A stretch of 64,000 nt of DNA from Candidatus Latescibacterota bacterium (GTDB taxonomy: Bacteria > Latescibacterota > UBA2968 > GCA-2709665): NCBI GenBank assembly GCA_965203805.1, contig OZ241917.1, positions 672,001-736,000 on the forward strand, written 5' to 3'. The position numbers were made by a program, and so were the translations under genes. The notes under the pieces are model-generated. The model was not told the DNA's origin. It did not search any database and saw only the letters and a list, made by a program, of their open reading frames with translations. Positions 62,310-64,000 of the stretch are shown in pieces. The number at the start of each line of letters is the position of its first letter. Position 1 is the stretch's first letter.

Positions 62310-63911
62310 ATGATTTACGACGGCATCATTATCGGCGCCGGGCATAACAGCCTGATTCTCCAGGCGTATCTCGGACGTGCGGGGTTACGGGTGCTGTGTA
62401 TCGAGGCGCGGAACGAGGCGGGCGGCGGCCTCACCACGGTACAGGACGCGCGGCATCCCGGCTTTCTGCACAATACCCATTCGTTCTACCACCGGGCGTT
62501 GAACCGGATGCCGTGGTACCGCGACCTGCGCCTCGAACGCCACGGCGCGGTATACCTCGAACCGGCATTGAACGTCGCACTGCTGTTGAAAGACGGCGGG
62601 GCGCTCGAATGGTGGACGGATTTCGAGAAGACGGTTGACTCCTTTGCGCGGTTCAGCAGCACGGACGCGGCGACGTTGAGGCGGTGGCGCGACGCGTTCC
62701 TTCCCATCGTCGAACGGATTCTCGTTCCGGAGTCCCAGGCGCCGCCGCTCGAACCAACCCGGCGGAGGGCGTTGCTGGAGAAAAGCAGGGAGGGCCGGCT
62801 GCTGCTGGAAGTCAGCCGACTGTCGCCCCTCGAGTTCATCCGAAGGGAATTCAGGAATCCGGTGATTCAGGCCGGATTGCTTTTTTTTAACGGGTTGCGT
62901 GAGGTGGACCTTCGCTGCCCGGGATTCGGTCACCATATTGCCGCGCTCCTGGCCAGTTCGGGAAAAGCCCAGATGTGCCGGGGGGGGTCGATCTCTCTTG
63001 CGAGGGCGCTTAAGGCCGCGGTCGCCGAGAGCGGCGGCGAACTGCGCCTTCAAACGGAACCCGGGCGGATTCTTCAGGACGGCGAGCGGGTCGCAGGGGT
63101 TGAAACCGCGGCCGGCGAGCGGTTGGGCGCCCGGTACTTTGTCGCCTCGGGCCTGAACCCGCACCAGACTTTTCTGGACCTCCTGGACGAGAATGCGCTG
63201 CCTGGAAAATGGCGCGACCGCGCGCAGGCGTTCAGGTATAATCTCATCGCCCCGCTGTTTGCCCTGAATCTCAATCTGGATGAGCCGCCGCGCTACAGCG
63301 CCGCCGAAGACCATCCCCATCTGGAAAAGGCGTTCATGGTGATTCTGGGGCTGGACCACGTGGACCGTTACCTGGAGATGGTAGCGTGCCATCGGCGCGG
63401 ACGAAACCCACCCAACATTATGTGGGGCAGTTGCCCCACGCTGTTCGATCCCTCTCAGGCGCCGGCAGGAAAGCATACCGCGTTTATGTGGGAAAAGGCG
63501 CCTTACAGATTGAACGGAGATCCAAAGCGCTGGGACTCGGAGAGAGACCGTCTTGGCGAAGAAATGCTGGACGCGTGGTGCCGGTACGCGCCCAACCTGA
63601 AACAGAACCTGATTTCGCGGTTCACGCGCAGTCCGCTCGACGTGGAACGCACGTTCCCCAACATGCGGGAGGGTGATCTTCTGGTCGGCGCCTTTACGCA
63701 CGGTCAGATCGGCTACAACCGTCCGTTTCCCGGAGCCGGACATTACAGGGCGCACCTTCACGGCCTTTATCTTTGCGGATCGAGCTGCCATCCCGGCGGT
63801 AATATCACCGGTCTTCCGGGATACAACTGCGCACAGGTCATTCTGCGGGACCTCGGCATCGATGCGGACTGGGCGCCCGAGCCGATTGACACCCAGCTGA
63901 AACGGTTATGA
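62310..63911 (+). CDS. Phytoene dehydrogenase-like FAD-dependent oxidoreductase
   Basis: IIIGAGHNSL, GG motif, LYLCGSSCHPGGNITGLPGYN. Start at ATG 62310. Confidence 0.85.
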   Translation: MIYDGIIIGAGHNSLILQAYLGRAGLRVLCIEARNEAGGGLTTVQDARHPGFLHNTHSFYHRALNRMPWYRDLRLERHGAVYLEPALNVALLLKDGGALEWWTDFEKTVDSFARFSSTDAATLRRWRDAFLPIVERILVPESQAPPLEPTRRRALLEKSREGRLLLEVSRLSPLEFIRREFRNPVIQAGLLFFNGLREVDLRCPGFGHHIAALLASSGKAQMCRGGSISLARALKAAVAESGGELRLQTEPGRILQDGERVAGVETAAGERLGARYFVASGLNPHQTFLDLLDENALPGKWRDRAQAFRYNLIAPLFALNLNLDEPPRYSAAEDHPHLEKAFMVILGLDHVDRYLEMVACHRRGRNPPNIMWGSCPTLFDPSQAPAGKHTAFMWEKAPYRLNGDPKRWDSERDRLGEEMLDAWCRYAPNLKQNLISRFTRSPLDVERTFPNMREGDLLVGAFTHGQIGYNRPFPGAGHYRAHLHGLYLCGSSCHPGGNITGLPGYNCAQVILRDLGIDADWAPEPIDTQLKRL

Positions 63912-64000
63912 TTCCACCGACCATTACCTACCTGACCGACGTCTACTTCGGATCCGGCGCCTCGGCCATTCTGCCGGATCTGCTATCCGAGCTCGGGGTT
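63908..64000 (+). CDS. 5' fragment of a probable iron-containing alcohol dehydrogenase (runs off the window)
   Basis: ATGA overlap with the previous stop; MIPPTITYLTDVYFGSGASAILPDLLSELG resembles Fe-ADH N-termini. Confidence 0.55.
   Translation, partial: MIPPTITYLTDVYFGSGASAILPDLLSELGV

Overview
GC-rich bacterial chromosome segment. The EF-hand/dockerin-like N-termini on secreted enzymes suggest a Latescibacterota-like FCB-group organism, but this is inference only. Layout: (1) 1-6.3 kb holds an AlkP-superfamily hydrolase, a tetraheme cytochrome c, and nrdR-nrdJ with a consensus promoter, two NrdR boxes and an unexplained ~184-nt rod-like hairpin between the genes. (2) 6.7-11.6 kb holds two tandem heparinase II/III-like lyases, one with a 1-bp frameshift. 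(3) 11.9-29.6 kb is a visibly more AT-rich, all minus-strand defence locus. A type I R-M operon (HTH-fused HsdM, retropepsin-like protease, HsdS ... HsdR, M48 peptidase, RelA/SpoT synthetase) carries ~9.4 kb of cargo between hsdS and hsdR: three TIR proteins, a stand-alone SLOG protein, an 1128-aa Mrr-like nuclease/helical-repeat protein, a decayed MNT-HEPN pair interrupted by an antisense ORF-less group II intron that contains three REP-like palindromes, a ParE-like TA pair and an AlbA_2 remnant. (4) 29.8-45.7 kb holds creD, a TonB-dependent receptor, tRNA-fMet and core genes (CBS/CorC, ybeY, 7TM-HD, phoH, LysM, aspS, hisS, rnhB-yraN fusion). (5) 46-64 kb holds a heterodimeric ABC exporter and catabolic enzymes. 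The best candidate for an undescribed system is the Thoeris-like multi-TIR + free SLOG module lacking a canonical ThsA effector, with a large nuclease-repeat protein as putative effector, nested in the R-M operon. All calls come from reading motifs by eye; no database searches were run.
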